Assembly: GCA_918797485.1 (NCBI GenBank)
Contig: CAKKNE010000002.1
Location: forward strand, 1,550,001 to 1,614,000
Source of the DNA: Pelagomonas calceolata
Lineage: Eukaryota
Direction: 5' to 3'
DNA length: 64,000 bases
In this document: positions 21,415 through 33,900 of the stretch, one piece after another
Numbering within the stretch: the stretch's first letter is position 1
Layout of the letters: each line of letters opens with the position of its first letter
The notes under the pieces: model-generated
What the model was told of the DNA's origin: nothing
Databases searched by the model: none
Seen by the model: the letters and a program-made list of their open reading frames with translations, nothing else
Translations under genes and position numbers: made by a program

Positions 21415-23224
21415 TTAGCAGAGCGGCGAGAAGCCGTACGTCGTCGCGTGGACCACCTGCATAATCCCATCATACGTCATGAGCACCAGCGCGATGAGCA
21501 TGATGCTCGCGATGACAAGAATCACGATCGCGTCCTTTTTGTATTTTCTCACGACCCAATCGATAACCGACTGCCCGAGGAACGTCGAGAACAGGCCGCA
21601 CGCCGCGAAGGCGAAGGCGTAGTCCTTTGGGACCTGTGCGCAAAGCAATCCGTGAGCCGCACCGCCACGCCGTCGAGTAGGCGTCGCGTCGATGGCGTGG
21701 ATGCGCCGCAACCATGTGATTTATGCACTGACGCCGACGAGGCCCATGATCCAGACCTGCGCCAACCCCGACGTCGCCGTGATGAAGACGACGTAGGCCG
21801 ACGTCGCCGCGATCGGCTGGGGGAGGCAGCCCAGCTCGACCAGCAGCGGGCCGAGGACCATGCCGCCCCCAATACCCAATAACCCCGCGGCTATGCCCGC
21901 GAACACACATAACATGGGATACAATGCCGTCGTCCGCCGGTCCCACTGCAAGTCGCCCTCGAGCGGCTCGTGCCCTAGAAACGCCTTCTCCGTGGCCCGG
22001 TCCAGCGTCTTCTTCCTTATCCACGCCGTCGCCGCAATAAGCACCTGTGCGCGAATCAAACCGTGGGTCGGGTGCACCATTTCTCGGCGACGACGCGACC
22101 GTGCTGGTCAAGTCAGAGAACCGCACGGCCAAGCCGTCGAACAGGCGCCGCGTCGATGGCGTGCAGGTCATGGTTCAGCCGTGGTCGGAGAAACGCCGCG
22201 ACATTTGATTCATGCGACATTTGATTCATGCACTGATGAGCACGGCTAAATTGCTGATAAAGAGATACCAGTACAGGAACTGCGAGCAGTCCAAACCCGG
22301 GATCAGCGACGCGCCGCCGCGGCCGCCCCGCAGCAGCGCAAAGACGAAGACGATGAGCCAGATCACGCCGGTGGCCGTCCAGTTCTCGCGCTGCACGAGC
22401 GAGCCCTCCTTGGCGTATATTGCCTCGAGACGCGCCAGTTGATCAGGAGTGGGGTCCTGGCGCGCGATGGGCGGCGCGTCGGCGTGGCCCAGCGGCGTGT
22501 CGATCTCCACGTCCTGCAGGCCCGCCTCGTCGCGCGTCGGCCGCGGACTAAGTTTGTCCTCGCCCGTCCACCGTTTTATCCCCTTGTTTAGAGTGCGTCT
22601 TCCCGAATAGCCGAGCAGCGCTATGAGCAGAACCACCGTGAGCCACGGAGGAAACATGACGCTAAAAACGGAGCCGAACATGGTCCCCGCGAGGAGCGCG
22701 GGGCAGAAGAGCAGGGAAGCCTCGTAGTCGATGAGCGGTCGCTTGATAGTATCGTTCGGGTGGTAGCGCCGCGTATACGTATAGAGGTTCGCGATGGAGC
22801 CCCCCGAGATTGTTGCCAAAGATAACGCCGTCGCTTGCGTGATGGGGAAGCCGGCGACGAGCCGGTAGATGGGCACGAGTAACCCGCCGCCGCCGATGCC
22901 GCCGCCCGCGGCCAGCGCCGTCGCCGCAATCAGTAAAAAGATCGTCGCCCAGTCGTGGCCGTTCGCCGGCACCAGGTCCTTGTGCATACATATGCGCTCC
23001 CGAAAGTCTTCGCCGTCCTCCGTGTCGCGGTCCCATTCACAGCTCGTGCTGAACGGGCACTCCGTCTTGCCGGGGTAGCAGGGGCCGCCCGCGACGCCTT
23101 GCTGTTTCGCCTTGTTCTTGCTGATCGACTCATCCTCTGGTCTCAGCTCTCTGCGGAGCCATGGCTGCTCCTCCAGCGCTGTGGCTGTGCAGCAGAACGC
23201 TACGACAGCAGCGCTTCGACGCAT
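21415..23224 (-). CDS. TauE/SafE (TSUP) family transporter; exons 23224-22244, 22044-21739, 21633-21415 (~501 aa)
   Basis: GGGIGGGGLLVP, RPLIDY, AGLLGIGGGMVLGPLL, AATS; exon sum 1506 nt. Confidence 0.88.
21634..21738 (-). mobile_element. Introner family A intron (105 nt; alternative donor at 21732)
   Basis: Degenerate TIRs, core CGCGTCGATGGCGTGG; TSD eroded. Confidence 0.75.
22045..22243 (-). mobile_element. Introner family A intron (199 nt)
   Basis: TSD ATAAGCAC/ATGAGCAC; internal tandem ACATTTGATTCATGC x2; joins NLA|VLIAA. Confidence 0.88.
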
Positions 23225-23397
23225 GGTGCTGCTCGCCGCAGCAGCAGGAGCAAAGACAGAGGCGCAAAAGAACTAGCTAGCGTACCAACATACTAGAAAG
23301 TTGAAGACTCGTCCTGACGCGCGGTGTCTCCCCCCCAGGGGCCCCGCCCAATAGTCCTATCACCGTAACATCAGAAGACGACTAGTACCCCCCTAAG

Positions 23398-26300
23398 TTA
23401 CACGGTCCCGAAGTCCCCGACGTCCTTCGCCCGCGAGTACGGGCACCGCCCCTCCTTGAGGACGGCGTACTCGAAGTCGTCCTCGTGGAAGAAGCGGTGG
23501 CACGACTGCGAGAGGGCCATGTGCACGTCGGGGATGGCGCTCTTGTAGTACGTCGCTCTCAAACCTTGTTGGCGCGGCTTGCAGCAGAAGACCTCGGCGC
23601 GGTAGAGCGATCTTAATGTTTCGGCGTCGACGGTCACGGGCTTGTACTCGTCGGCGCCGGCTTGCGCCTGGAGCGTGTCGTTGATCGCCCGCGTGAAGCG
23701 GTCCTCGTCGTCGTCGTCGTCGAACACGACGTCAGCTTCCTTCCCTTCACCCGAATTCTTGTCCTCCGGGAACTCCTTGATCAAATCCAAAGCCTCCTCG
23801 TCCGAGATCGACGCCTCCGGCACGAACTCGATGAGCGGCAGCACTTCAAAGTTCAGAAAGCTCCGGACGAACGGGTGGCCGCACGACGTGCAGACGTCGC
23901 GGTGCACGCTCGACCCTTGGCTATGCGATGAAGCAGGGTTCAATAGTGCATTGGAGGCGCCGCAGCGGTAGCAGACCGGCAGCAAGTCGCTCTTATCCCT
24001 TAAAGGCGCCGCATGGATCGTCAACGCCTCCACATCCACTTCATCCCGCCACGCATCCGGTAATTTCATCCTTAATAATTTATCATAAGCATATCTCGCT
24101 AATTTAAAGGCGCCGCAGGTCTTCGCTTGTTTGGCTAGAGTATACAGTATTTTCGCCCGCGAGATACCAAATGGGGCTTCTTTCCCACCCAAGCCATTAA
24201 TTAAGAAGCGAGCGCATTGAAAGAGCACTTCCGGCCGCAACGGCGTATAAGGTAAGAAAAAATCTTCGACATGAGCGTAGGCGTAGTACAAGTCGGCCCT
24301 ATGCAACTGCTCGGTGTACGTAGACATAACTTTCTGTAAGTTATCTTTTTTAGCTGCGACGCGTAACGTCTCGGACGCCAGCAACCAGTAGTAGTAGGAC
24401 GCGTCCTTGAAGCGCGATTCCACGACGGCGTTAAACGTGAGCTCTTGCACCATCCGCGCCGCGCGGTCTTCGCGCCCCGACTTCCTATAAGCTTCCAGCG
24501 CTTCGTCAAATCTGTCGTGGACGGCGAGCCACTCGGCGTAGGGCAGATATAGGGCTTCATCAAATTTCGCTCGAGTTTCTTCGCTGAAGGTCCCGCTCGG
24601 GTCCTCCGCTAATTTGAGGGCCGCCTCCCAGTCCTGCTTTCGGACATATAAGCCTAGTAAAGATTCAACATCATCAAGCTTCACGTAGACCTCTTTGGCC
24701 CGCTCGTCGTCGCCTGCGGGGACATCGACCAGTGTGTCGGGTGCATCGCCACGCCATCGAGCAGTGACAAGCTCTCTCGCGACGCCTCGCGCTGCCCACG
24801 GCGACGACCTGAGGCGCTCATCCACTGATAGGGAGCGTCTCGCAGCACTACTTCCCCACAGTTGAGACTCGCGTCCGGCGACGCGTCGATGGCGTGGAGG
24901 TCGACGCGACGATTTCCACACGGATCGTCGCCGTTCGCCAAAAACGCGCGCGCGCACTGCCGCAGCACATCCTCCGCCGTCACCTGCCGTACTATGAGAG
25001 AAAGTTTCTCGATCCAGCCGTCCGGCTTGTGTTCGTGTAATAGCCTGTGCGCAAATCAACCAGTGAGTCGCGTGCACCGTCGAGCGGCGAGGAACCGGCA
25101 TCGCCACGCCATCGAGCAGGCGTCGCGTCGATGGCGTGGAGGTCGACGCGATGATTCAGCACACAGGTAAGAACCGAACGGCCTGCAGCGCATTCCCGGC
25201 AGACACCTGCAGATCCGCGGCGGCGGACCAGTCCGACGTCTCTTCCGCCCATTCCGCCTGCTTCCTGGTTAATTCGGTCGCGTCGACGTTCTTCGACGCA
25301 GCGGCAAAGGCCTTGGCCTCGTCCCATTGCCGCAAGTCCGCGAATAGGTCGATGGCCTTCTGCGGCTCGCCGGCCTTCGCAAACGCTCTGGCCGCGTCCT
25401 GGTACTTGCCCTGGTAGGCCTGGAGCTCGGCGCGGAAGATGGGCGCTAGTTTCTCGACTTCTTCCGGTAGACCTGCGCGGAGCATCAAATTCGACAAAGA
25501 AACCACCCCCGGCCATCATTCCTGGAAACGAGTGAAGTGGAAGACACCTCAACGCCTCAAAACGCGGCGATCGAACCCTCCGGTTCCGCTTTCTTCCTCT
25601 TGGAGATCTTCTTCGGTTTCGCGACCGGCATCCGCCGCTCCATCGACGTCAGTAACTCGATCCGTCGCAGGTCGTGGACCTTCGCATACGCCGTTTGTGC
25701 TGTGGTCAAATCTAACGCGTTTGCTGCGGAGTCGGCTAAGCTTCTCCAATCCGTCGCCGTCACGCCGAGGCGCGCGCAACTCAACCCTCTAGAATGTTCA
25801 TTCTTGGAGATGAACTGTTTCAGATGATCGGACTGGGGCAGGTCCAGCGACTCGATTTTGAGGTCCCTCGCCACAAATAATTTAGCCCCGACGAATCCGA
25901 CGACTGACCCTGAAACTTTGTGGACCTTGGCGTCGTGGTCGCCCGTCTTCACTAATAATTCATCGCGGTCGTTCCGCGAGTAGCACAGCGTGTCGTCGAA
26001 CTGGGCGTTGAAGCGACACGCCGAGACGCCCTCCGCCTGTGTCGAACGACAGATGGCTGTGTAGACGCTCGCACGGCCGCGTCGATTGTGTGGAGGTGGC
26101 GTGACGTCGTGGCGACGCCCTCGTCCCAAAGTTGAAGTTCATTCATCAAAAACGGACGCCGAGTCGGCACCGAGAACACGAGTTCTTTACTACGAGTGTC
26201 GACCACTTTGAGCTCGTTCTCTTGATTCACGACGGCCAGCTTCCTCCTATCACCCGTCCGATCTAGTAACTTGACCGCGGCTTCACCTGCGCGGAGCGTC

Positions 26301-27972
26301 GCGGTCGCTCGACGCCGACCGAACGGCCTCAAACTCGACAAAGAAACCACCCACTTCATGGTGAGATGGATACGAGTCGCGTCGACGGCGTGAAGGCACC
26401 GAAGCACCGCGGGACGCCGAGATCGCACCTCTCCAGACGTCGACCGGAAACGCGTTGTTCACGTAAATTTTCAGAATGGAACCATCACTACAACCTATCA
26501 GTACGCCCTCCTTGCTTGGTGGACCGCCATCTACTCTCAGACACGTGATATCAGCGTCGAGGATCCATTCTCGCTCCTTCAACTTCGAGAAGCCGTGTAG
26601 AGTTAACTTCGCACCAGAAGCTACCAACACATGTTGCGACGTCACCCCCAAATGATTCGTACGAGAACCGTCGACCCTCAACCTTTCTTTCCGCAAGCGA
26701 TAGTGCATATCAATACTGTTGTCATCCCTCTTATGAAGTTCGTACACATTAATTCGATCCGGCAGTTGGATGGCCAGCCGATCCCGATAGATCGCCACCT
26801 TCCGCACGTAGTCCCTACTCTTAATACGCACGCGCTTCTCGGCGTGCATGTGGTGGACGACCACGTCCGTCAGGTGTTCCCGGACCGCGAACCGGTCGCC
26901 ATCTAATGCGTATATAGGTTCAATTACGACATCCCAGAGCTGGATGGAGCCGCCGTAGGACCCAACCGCTATAGCAGGTTGGCGAGGCCTCACAGCGGTG
27001 GACCAGACCCACTCGTCTATACGACAAACGTCTTTGAGTCGCACGGCTTCCCTCGTACACAAAGTTGTTTTCTTGTCACTGCCACCGACCACTAAATACT
27101 CGCCGTTCGGGTAATAGGAGAGACTGGTCGGATAGCATCCTAATTTTCTCTCTTTCAAATGTTGGGTCCCGGACAGCTGGTAGAACGACAGCGTCTGGTC
27201 CCAGCACCCGACGGCCAGGAGGTCTCCCGGGTCCTCCTTCGCGGGACTCCAGGCCAGGCACCAGACTGGGGCTTTCTTTTCAATCAGCTTGTACTCCTGG
27301 CCACCCTTGTCTCGTATACTAATGCGACCGTCGTACATACCTGTGTGGGAACGATGCCGTCACGAAACCGTCTCCCTCGCGAGACGCGTGGACTCTCTGA
27401 CGGCCACGTCGACGGCGTCGCGGCGGTGCGGTCTCATGAAGACGCCATCGCCGCGACCACGTCAGGTTCAAGTTCATTTTCTGCGCCGAGTCAGCACCAA
27501 GAGCCAAGTACTGCCCGTCGTGCGACCACCTCGCGGACAAAATCTTCGCCCCGACCTTGTGCTTCGTCACGGACTTGGCCGTCGAACTCCACAACCCAAA
27601 ATCACCCTCGGTGCACGACGCGAGCTGGTCGCAGCAGGGGTTGTGCGCGACGACTTGGATGCTATCGCTATGCGTATATTTTAACACTCCTTCTCCTTTG
27701 CTGTTCCAGATAATCACGGTGTTGTCCGCGCCGCCCGACGCAAATTTAGAACCTTCCCTCCCATAACTGACGGTGTACACCAAGTCCTTGTGGCCTCTTA
27801 ATCTGTGTCGCAGGTCGCCGTCTTCAGTAGCGTATACTAACACAAGGTTAGCTACAGCGACCACCAGTTCCGTCCCGGACGGGTTGAAGGCCATGCTGTA
27901 GACCGTGGCCTTGACGTCGTCCTCGCGCCGCGGCGGGAGGCCCGGGTCCGTCCAGAGGAGCTGGGGCCGCAT
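23398..27972 (-). CDS. IFT122: Intraflagellar transport protein 122; 7 exons (27972-27498, 27340-26429, 26286-26171, 26036-25577, 25472-25175, 25044-24932, 24713-23398), ~1229 aa
   Basis: N-terminal WD40s (LRGHKDLVYTVSY, ASGGADNTVIIW, GVLKYTHSDSIQ), PYAEWLAVHDRFDEA, AFKLARYAYDKL, CYRC/CGHPFV, C-terminal RCPY; exon sum 3690 nt. Confidence 0.95.
24714..24931 (-). mobile_element. Introner family A intron (218 nt, GC-AG)
   Basis: TSD GTCGTCGC/ATCGTCGC; joins ANG|DDERAK. Confidence 0.88.
25045..25174 (-). mobile_element. Introner family A intron (130 nt)
   Basis: TSD GTAATAGC/GTAAGAAC; joins AVR|LLHEH. Confidence 0.85.
25473..25576 (-). mobile_element. Introner family C intron (104 nt)
   Basis: GTTCGATCGCCGCGT...GATGCTCCGCGCAG; restores IFT122 frame. 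Confidence 0.82.
26037..26170 (-). mobile_element. Introner family B intron (134 nt)
   Basis: GTGCCGACTCGGCG...ATGAACTTCAAC...CGACACAG. Confidence 0.82.
26287..26428 (-). mobile_element. Introner family C intron (142 nt)
   Basis: GTGCGATCTCGGCGT...CTCCGCGCAG. Confidence 0.85.
27341..27497 (-). mobile_element. Introner family B intron (157 nt)
   Basis: GTGCTGACTCGGCG...CCCACACAG; joins LAL-G|MYDG. Confidence 0.87.
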
Positions 27973-28108
27973 GCTTTTTGTGAGAGGGGGCTGCCCGTAC
28001 CGCTTCGCTGCTGCCCCTGGCCGCTGAAACTGATGGAAGCGGCCCGCGGCGCAGCCCGACGTCGTCGCGTGCGCCCGGCGCAGGCGAGACGGTGTCGCGC
28101 CCAGCTTA

Positions 28109-28235
28109 AAACCTGGGGCTGCCGGCCGCCCGTCGGGCGCGGCGTGACACATCATAACAGAGGCCTCGGGACCGCCGGCCGTATGGCTGACGAGGTCTGG
28201 GAGGGGGATCTCAAATATGAATAAAAAACGGGTTT
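28109..28235 (+). repeat. 127-bp direct repeat, copy 1
   Basis: Identical by eye to 30677-30803 (AAACCTGGGGCTGCC...AATAAAAAACGGGTTT). Confidence 0.95.
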
Positions 28236-28928
28236 GAACTACTAGTGTGTATAGATACTGCTAGCGTCCAAATTCCGAAGCGCGCACCCGCGGTTCTCGG
28301 GGGCCGCCCGGCCCCGCGGGCGCGCCGCGAGACGTCCGCCGGCGTTGCGCTGACAACCCGGGCCCTCGGCCCCGCGCGCCCGGCGCGCGCGGGGCGCGCG
28401 AGTACTACCGCCTGGGCGCCCGGGGGTCGCGTCCCGCTCGGGGCCGCGCGAGTCCATACCGGGCCCCGAGCTCCCCGGGACGAACGCGAAGGGGGTCGCG
28501 CGGCGCGACGGACGCCCCGCGTACCACACGCCGCGCAGGGGGTGACTCGGACCTTGGCCGGGGGGTCTCCGCCGGGCCGCGCAGCGCGGCTCGGAGACTC
28601 CTCTCGGGCGGAGGAGACGCCGCCGCCCGACGCCGCGCGCCGCTCCCGGGACGCGCGCGCGGCCAGAGCCGTCCCGGCGCGGGAACCAGAACATGCAGGG
28701 GTCGCGCCGATGCGTGCGAAACCGGGCCGGCCGCTGCTAGCCGGCACGTGCGCCGGGGCCCTGCCGCCGGGGCTTGTTTTTGGGGCTTGTTTTTGGCAGC
28801 GCCAATCCTTTGCCAGCTGCTCCAGAGGGCGGCCCCGCACCTGTTTGCCCGTCGTTTCCACGCCCGCGGTGTGAGCGCTGAGCTGCCCTTGCTGGCTAAA
28901 CCCCTGCCCTCGCCCGTGGCCGGGGGCC

Positions 28929-30613
28929 ATGCGGTTCCTCGTTCCCGTGGCTGCCCTCTTCGGCGGCGCTGCCGCGCAAATTGGGCGCGTCACCAGCGTC
29001 CGAATTCCGTGCGCCTTGGCCCCACCCCACGCCCCTCCCCCCGCAGCTCGCACCAGATGCTCGCCGGCTACCAGTCGGCCTCGGACGTCGGGCCGCACTC
29101 GATGATCGACCTCGACATGGAGGAGCTTGAAACTAAGGTGGGCGAGTACGCCACCAACGCAAACTGGATCACCGAGGCCATGTTCATCTACGAGAACGGC
29201 GGCGGCGGCTTGTGTTCGCAGGCCGACGTCGACGCGGCGATGACCTCGGACACGACGCCCTGGTGCACGGACACGACTCAGGCCTTCGGCAACTCCCAGA
29301 AGTCCACCTCGATCCGCACGCTCAAGGGCTTCGCGACGAAGAACTACGCTTCGGACAAACTCACCGGCGCGGATGGTGGGAATTACGGCGAGCGGATGCC
29401 CCCGATCTACGCCGGCTACTGGAACGACTGGGCGTGGGCAGACACGTTCATCACGAAGGACTACTCCGCGACAGTCAAACCCTCTGGGTGGAACCAGCTC
29501 ATCAAGAAGGGCGCCAACTACCAGGCGGTCTGGATGTACGTCCTCCACGAGCTTGAGGACGCAATCGGCGACTGCTACGCCGGCGACATCTACGCCAACG
29601 ACGGGACCCCGACCGGCGGCGCGCCGCACGCGTGGGACGAGGGCTGGGCGTTCTACGCCGGCTCTCAGGTCGCGGCGACGGCGGCCGGCGCCGTCACGGA
29701 CGACGGTACGCTGATCTGGGAGCTCGCGGAGAAGCGCGGCAAGGGTTTCGACACCACACACTCCACCGGCCCCGCCACGGTGAACGTCAAGCTCCTCGCC
29801 AAATTCATTGAGGGCCGCGACCTCATCATTGCCGGCAAGTGCGCCGAAGCCGAGTCCCTCGTCGACCCGATCCGCGCTCAGATGACGGTGCCGCTCGTCC
29901 AGGGCACGCTCAATTACGCGTTGAAAGCGGCGGACCCGGCCAACGCCATTAGCGCTTGCGTCGTCGACGCCGGCAAGAACGCCATGACCGCCAGCGACGA
30001 TTGCGTCGAGTCGTGGGCCGATGCCTGGGCCTTCGCCGCGGCCGTGCTCCCGCAGGTCGCCGAGTGCGACTGGGGAGCCGCCGAGACGATCAGGTATAAC
30101 TTAGACATCGAAGCGGCGGCGCCGGTGCAAGGGGGCTTCTACAGCGTCAAGTCGGCGATCGAGTCGACGTACCGGTGCCTGGGCATCACGTGCGCCGACG
30201 TCGGCGCTTACCCGGGCACCATGCCCTGCAGTGAACCCGACGACGATGACGACGACGACGACGACGACGACCTCCTCGACGGCGGCCTAAGGGAGGTCAT
30301 GTCCCTGGCGCCCATGGGCCTCGCGGCGATCGGACTTACGTTCACCGGTATTAGCATCGCTGCGATCGCGAATGCGTTCCAGGAACAGTGCGCCCTGGGC
30401 CCCACGATCATCTTCGAGGCCGGAACCACACATCCCTACTACATCACCCCGAACCTGTGCACGATCGGCGCCCACACGTACTCGTCCAAGAAGACTGTGC
30501 GCGACGCGTCGCCGCGCAAGGTGTGCCGCAAGTTCTGCGAAGCGGCGTCCGCTTCTGGGAAGCTGGCGCTCAAGCAGGTGCACGGCCTGACGTGTTACTG
30601 CAAGAGGAAATGA
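28929..30613 (+). CDS. ISIP2A: Phytotransferrin / iron-starvation-induced protein 2A (FEA1 family); exons 28929-28984 and 29047-30613 (~540 aa; alternative intron 28998-29056)
   Basis: Signal peptide MRFLVPVAALFGGAAA; HSMIDLD, VWMYVLHELEDAIGDC, HAWDEGWAFYAGS, LAEKR, MTVPLVQGTL; poly-Asp linker, TM, Cys-rich tail. Confidence 0.85.
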
Positions 30614-30676
30614 TCAGGGGTCGAACTCTCCTCCTTCTCTGGACCCGCCCGCGAACCTGACCTTTCCCTTCTTTTG

Positions 30677-30803
30677 AAACCTGGGGCTGCCGGCCGCCCG
30701 TCGGGCGCGGCGTGACACATCATAACAGAGGCCTCGGGACCGCCGGCCGTATGGCTGACGAGGTCTGGGAGGGGGATCTCAAATATGAATAAAAAACGGG
30801 TTT
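30677..30803 (+). repeat. 127-bp direct repeat, copy 2 (contains AATAAA, 3' of ISIP2A)
   Basis: Identical by eye to 28109-28235. Confidence 0.95.
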
Positions 30804-30931
30804 TGCTCGATTACACAGATACACAGACCCAAGCTAGCGTAACGCGGTCTCTAGCAAGCTACCGCCGCCGTGACATTTTATTTAGAGTCATACTAGTAGA
30901 CATACTAGCGAAGGGCAAACAGATACATATC

Positions 30932-33900
30932 TTACGCCCGCGCCTCGGTGAGCTCCGAGACGTCGTCGTCCAGGATCACGCGCGGCGAGCCGAGGTCCGA
31001 CACGTCGTCCTCGGCCTCGCCGTCGACGTCGCCAAGCGGCCGCGCGGGCGACGCGGCGCGGTCGTGGACGGAGCCCTCGTCGAGCGCCGAGACCTCGTCG
31101 GGCAGCGGCGAGCAGACGGAGGCGTCGCCCTCCTCGAGGACGGTCCAGAGGTGGGCCGGCGCCGGCGCGGCCCCGGGCGCCGGCGCCGGGCCGGGCGCCG
31201 GGCCCGGCGCGGGCGCGGGCGCCCAGGCCGCGGGCGCCGGCGCGCCGTTTGGAGCCGGCCCCGGCGCCGGCGCCCCCACACATGACCACGCGTCCTCCGC
31301 GATGTACGCCGGCGCGTCGGCCTCGGTCGACGCCCGGGATCTCCGACTCTTCCGTTTCGGCCTCTTCGGCTTTTTATGTTTCGCGGCCACCGGCTCGATC
31401 CACGCCGACGACTTGCCCCACTCCTTGCCCGCCTCGCGCAGGACGTGCGCGACATCTAGGTCTCCGGTCGAACCGTTGCGAGCGTCCGTCAATAAAACGA
31501 ACAGTCGTTGTTGGGCCGGCTCCGGCTCCGGTACCGCCCATTGCCCTTGTCGTAATCGCTCATCTAACTCGGCGGCGATATCCTGCGCGGAGCATCGCGG
31601 TTCGGTCCGAACGGCCTCTTCAGCAAAAAAGAAACGACCCCCGGCATCGTGAGATGGCCACGAGTCGAAGGCACCGTACGGGACGCCGCGAGCGCACCCG
31701 CAAATCCGCCATCGACGTCCTCTCTCGAATTTCGTCGGGGAACTCGCGAGACACCCACTTCTCCCGTTTGTCCGCCTCGATGGCCTCGCGCGTGAACGGT
31801 CGCAGGCGGTCCGGTCGACGCGGCTGGTAGTCCTCGACCTCGCCGCGCAGCAAGCCGTCGTCATCCTCATCATCATCATTGCTCTTCTTCTTCTCCTTCC
31901 CCAGGGCCTGGCGGTAGGTCACGACGACGTTGCCGTGCTCGTCGACGTTCGGCTGCTCGGAGGCGACCTGCGCGGAGCATCGCGGTCGTGGAGTGGTAAG
32001 GGAGGATCGGGCGACGTCGTGTCCGGGAATGGTGGCGGTGGGTCGTTTCTCGTTGAATTTTGAGGCGATTTCGAGGTGATTCGGTCGACGTCGCTCGACG
32101 CGGTCCGAAAGGCCCCAAAATCGGAAAATAAACCACCCACGACCTCCTCTGATGGTCACGAGTCGCGTCGATGGCGTGAAGGCGGACGCAGAGCTCGCAC
32201 CGTGCTCTCGTCGTCCTTCTTGAAGACGTTCTCGTTCTTCTCTTTGGGCGGCGCTCGTCTATTATCCCGCTTTTCAAATTCGTCCATCAACAGTTCGTCG
32301 GCCGAGGGCGCGACGGCCCAGGCCGGCGGCGGCCAGACGTGTAACGATACCGAACCGCCACTTCTCGTCCGTTCGCGTTTCCGAGCTTGTTTTCTGGTGC
32401 GTAACGGGAGGGAGATCTGGGCCGGCTGAGAACTTGTAGGAGCCGTCGCCGCGTCCTTCGGCGGCTTGGGCACGGCTTTGAGCTCCAATAACAAATCCCC
32501 GGCACTTATCCGGGCTTCGCCCAAGCACAGGTCGCCCCGCAGCTCCTTGCGCCAGACTTCGACGATGAGCGTCCACTTCGGGGGTTGCCAGCTTGGCAAC
32601 ACCTCGTACGGGGCCTGCCATTCTCCAGATGCCATCGGCGGCGGCAGGGAGCATAGATAACTAAATGAAGCGGGCGCGCCCTGGACCCTCGTGCGACAGG
32701 GTTTTGTGGTGCCGACCTCCCACTTGATCAAGGAGGCTTCCTCCGCCTCCTGGCGCATGGCCTCGGCCGCGTCCTGGTCGAAGCCCTGTGTGGAACATAT
32801 ACAATCGCGAACCCGTCTCCGTCCACTCACGAGACGCGTGGACTCTCGTGTGATCATGAAGACGCCATCGACGCGAAGCGGCATCGCGAGGACGCCATCG
32901 CCGCGACCACGTCATGTTGAAGCTCATTCTTCACGCTGAGTCAGCACCGGCACGTTCTGCTCGAGCAAGTCAAAGCCCAGATCCGTCAACGCTTGGTCGA
33001 TCTCGGGCTTGACGTCCTCCCTACTCATCAGTAGACACTCGGCGTCTTGGCGCTCCCGCTCCTTCTCTTCGGGAGTCTTCGCGTCCTCCAAAGCTTGTTT
33101 TCGCTGCCTCTCGGCCTCCTCGTACCTGCGCGGAGCATCGCGTTTCGAAGTGTCCATCTCAGCATGACGTGGGTGGGCTCTGGTCCTTCAATGAACCGGT
33201 TCGGACCGAGTCGCGACTCGACGGCGGTCGCGGTCCCGACTCGGTCCGAACGGCCTCAAAATCACAAAAGAAACCAGCCACGTCATCGTGTGTTAGGTAC
33301 GAGTCCCATGGAAGGCGCCGCAACGCCTCAAGACGCCGCGCGCGCGCATGCTGATGCAATACACGAGCTCGTCGTAATCGAGCGTCCGGTCTCCGTCGAC
33401 GTCGAACGCACTGAACACGGTCGACGCGTTCGCCGTGAGCCACGTCACGAAGGGATTCAGGTCCTCGTCGAACAGGGCTCTCTGCAGTTCTTGTATTGTT
33501 AGTTTCCTGTGATCCGTGTCGACGCCTCGCAAACGCTTAGCTGCGACGGCGAGCGCTTCCTCTAACGTCTCCGGCTCCTTCTCCTTCTCTTTGGGCGCGT
33601 TCGGGTCGGGAGCTTCATCGTCGCCCGTGTCGCAGATGTCGAGAATCTTCTTCGCGATCCTATACTTGTTGCCCGTCCCGTCGAAGACGACCAGAGACCG
33701 CTCCGACTCGGTATCTGAAGCATCCTCTACTATTTCGGGCTGTCTTTCCCGCTCTTCGATGCGCAGAACCGCGTAGGTCTCGTTCCTACCAAACACACTT
33801 TTGTGTTTCAACTTGCAGGCCTCATTTAACCTGAGAGGCAGCTCATCCACCCCAATTTCCTGGAGGAACTGCTCGCGATGAGCTTTGGTCTCCTGTCTCT

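Noticed and set aside
21341..23360. Pack-type transposon carrying TauE
   Set aside because: Not called as a feature: no TSD seen, and the same motif occurs singly behind other genes
28748..28928. ORF-track start of the 621-aa ISIP2A ORF
   Set aside because: The N-terminal ~100 aa are low-complexity read-through; a signal-peptide exon at 28929 with a short intron explains the gene better
28109..30803. 127-bp repeats as LTRs of a retroelement or TRIM
   Set aside because: No TG...CA termini, no outer TSD, no gag/pol
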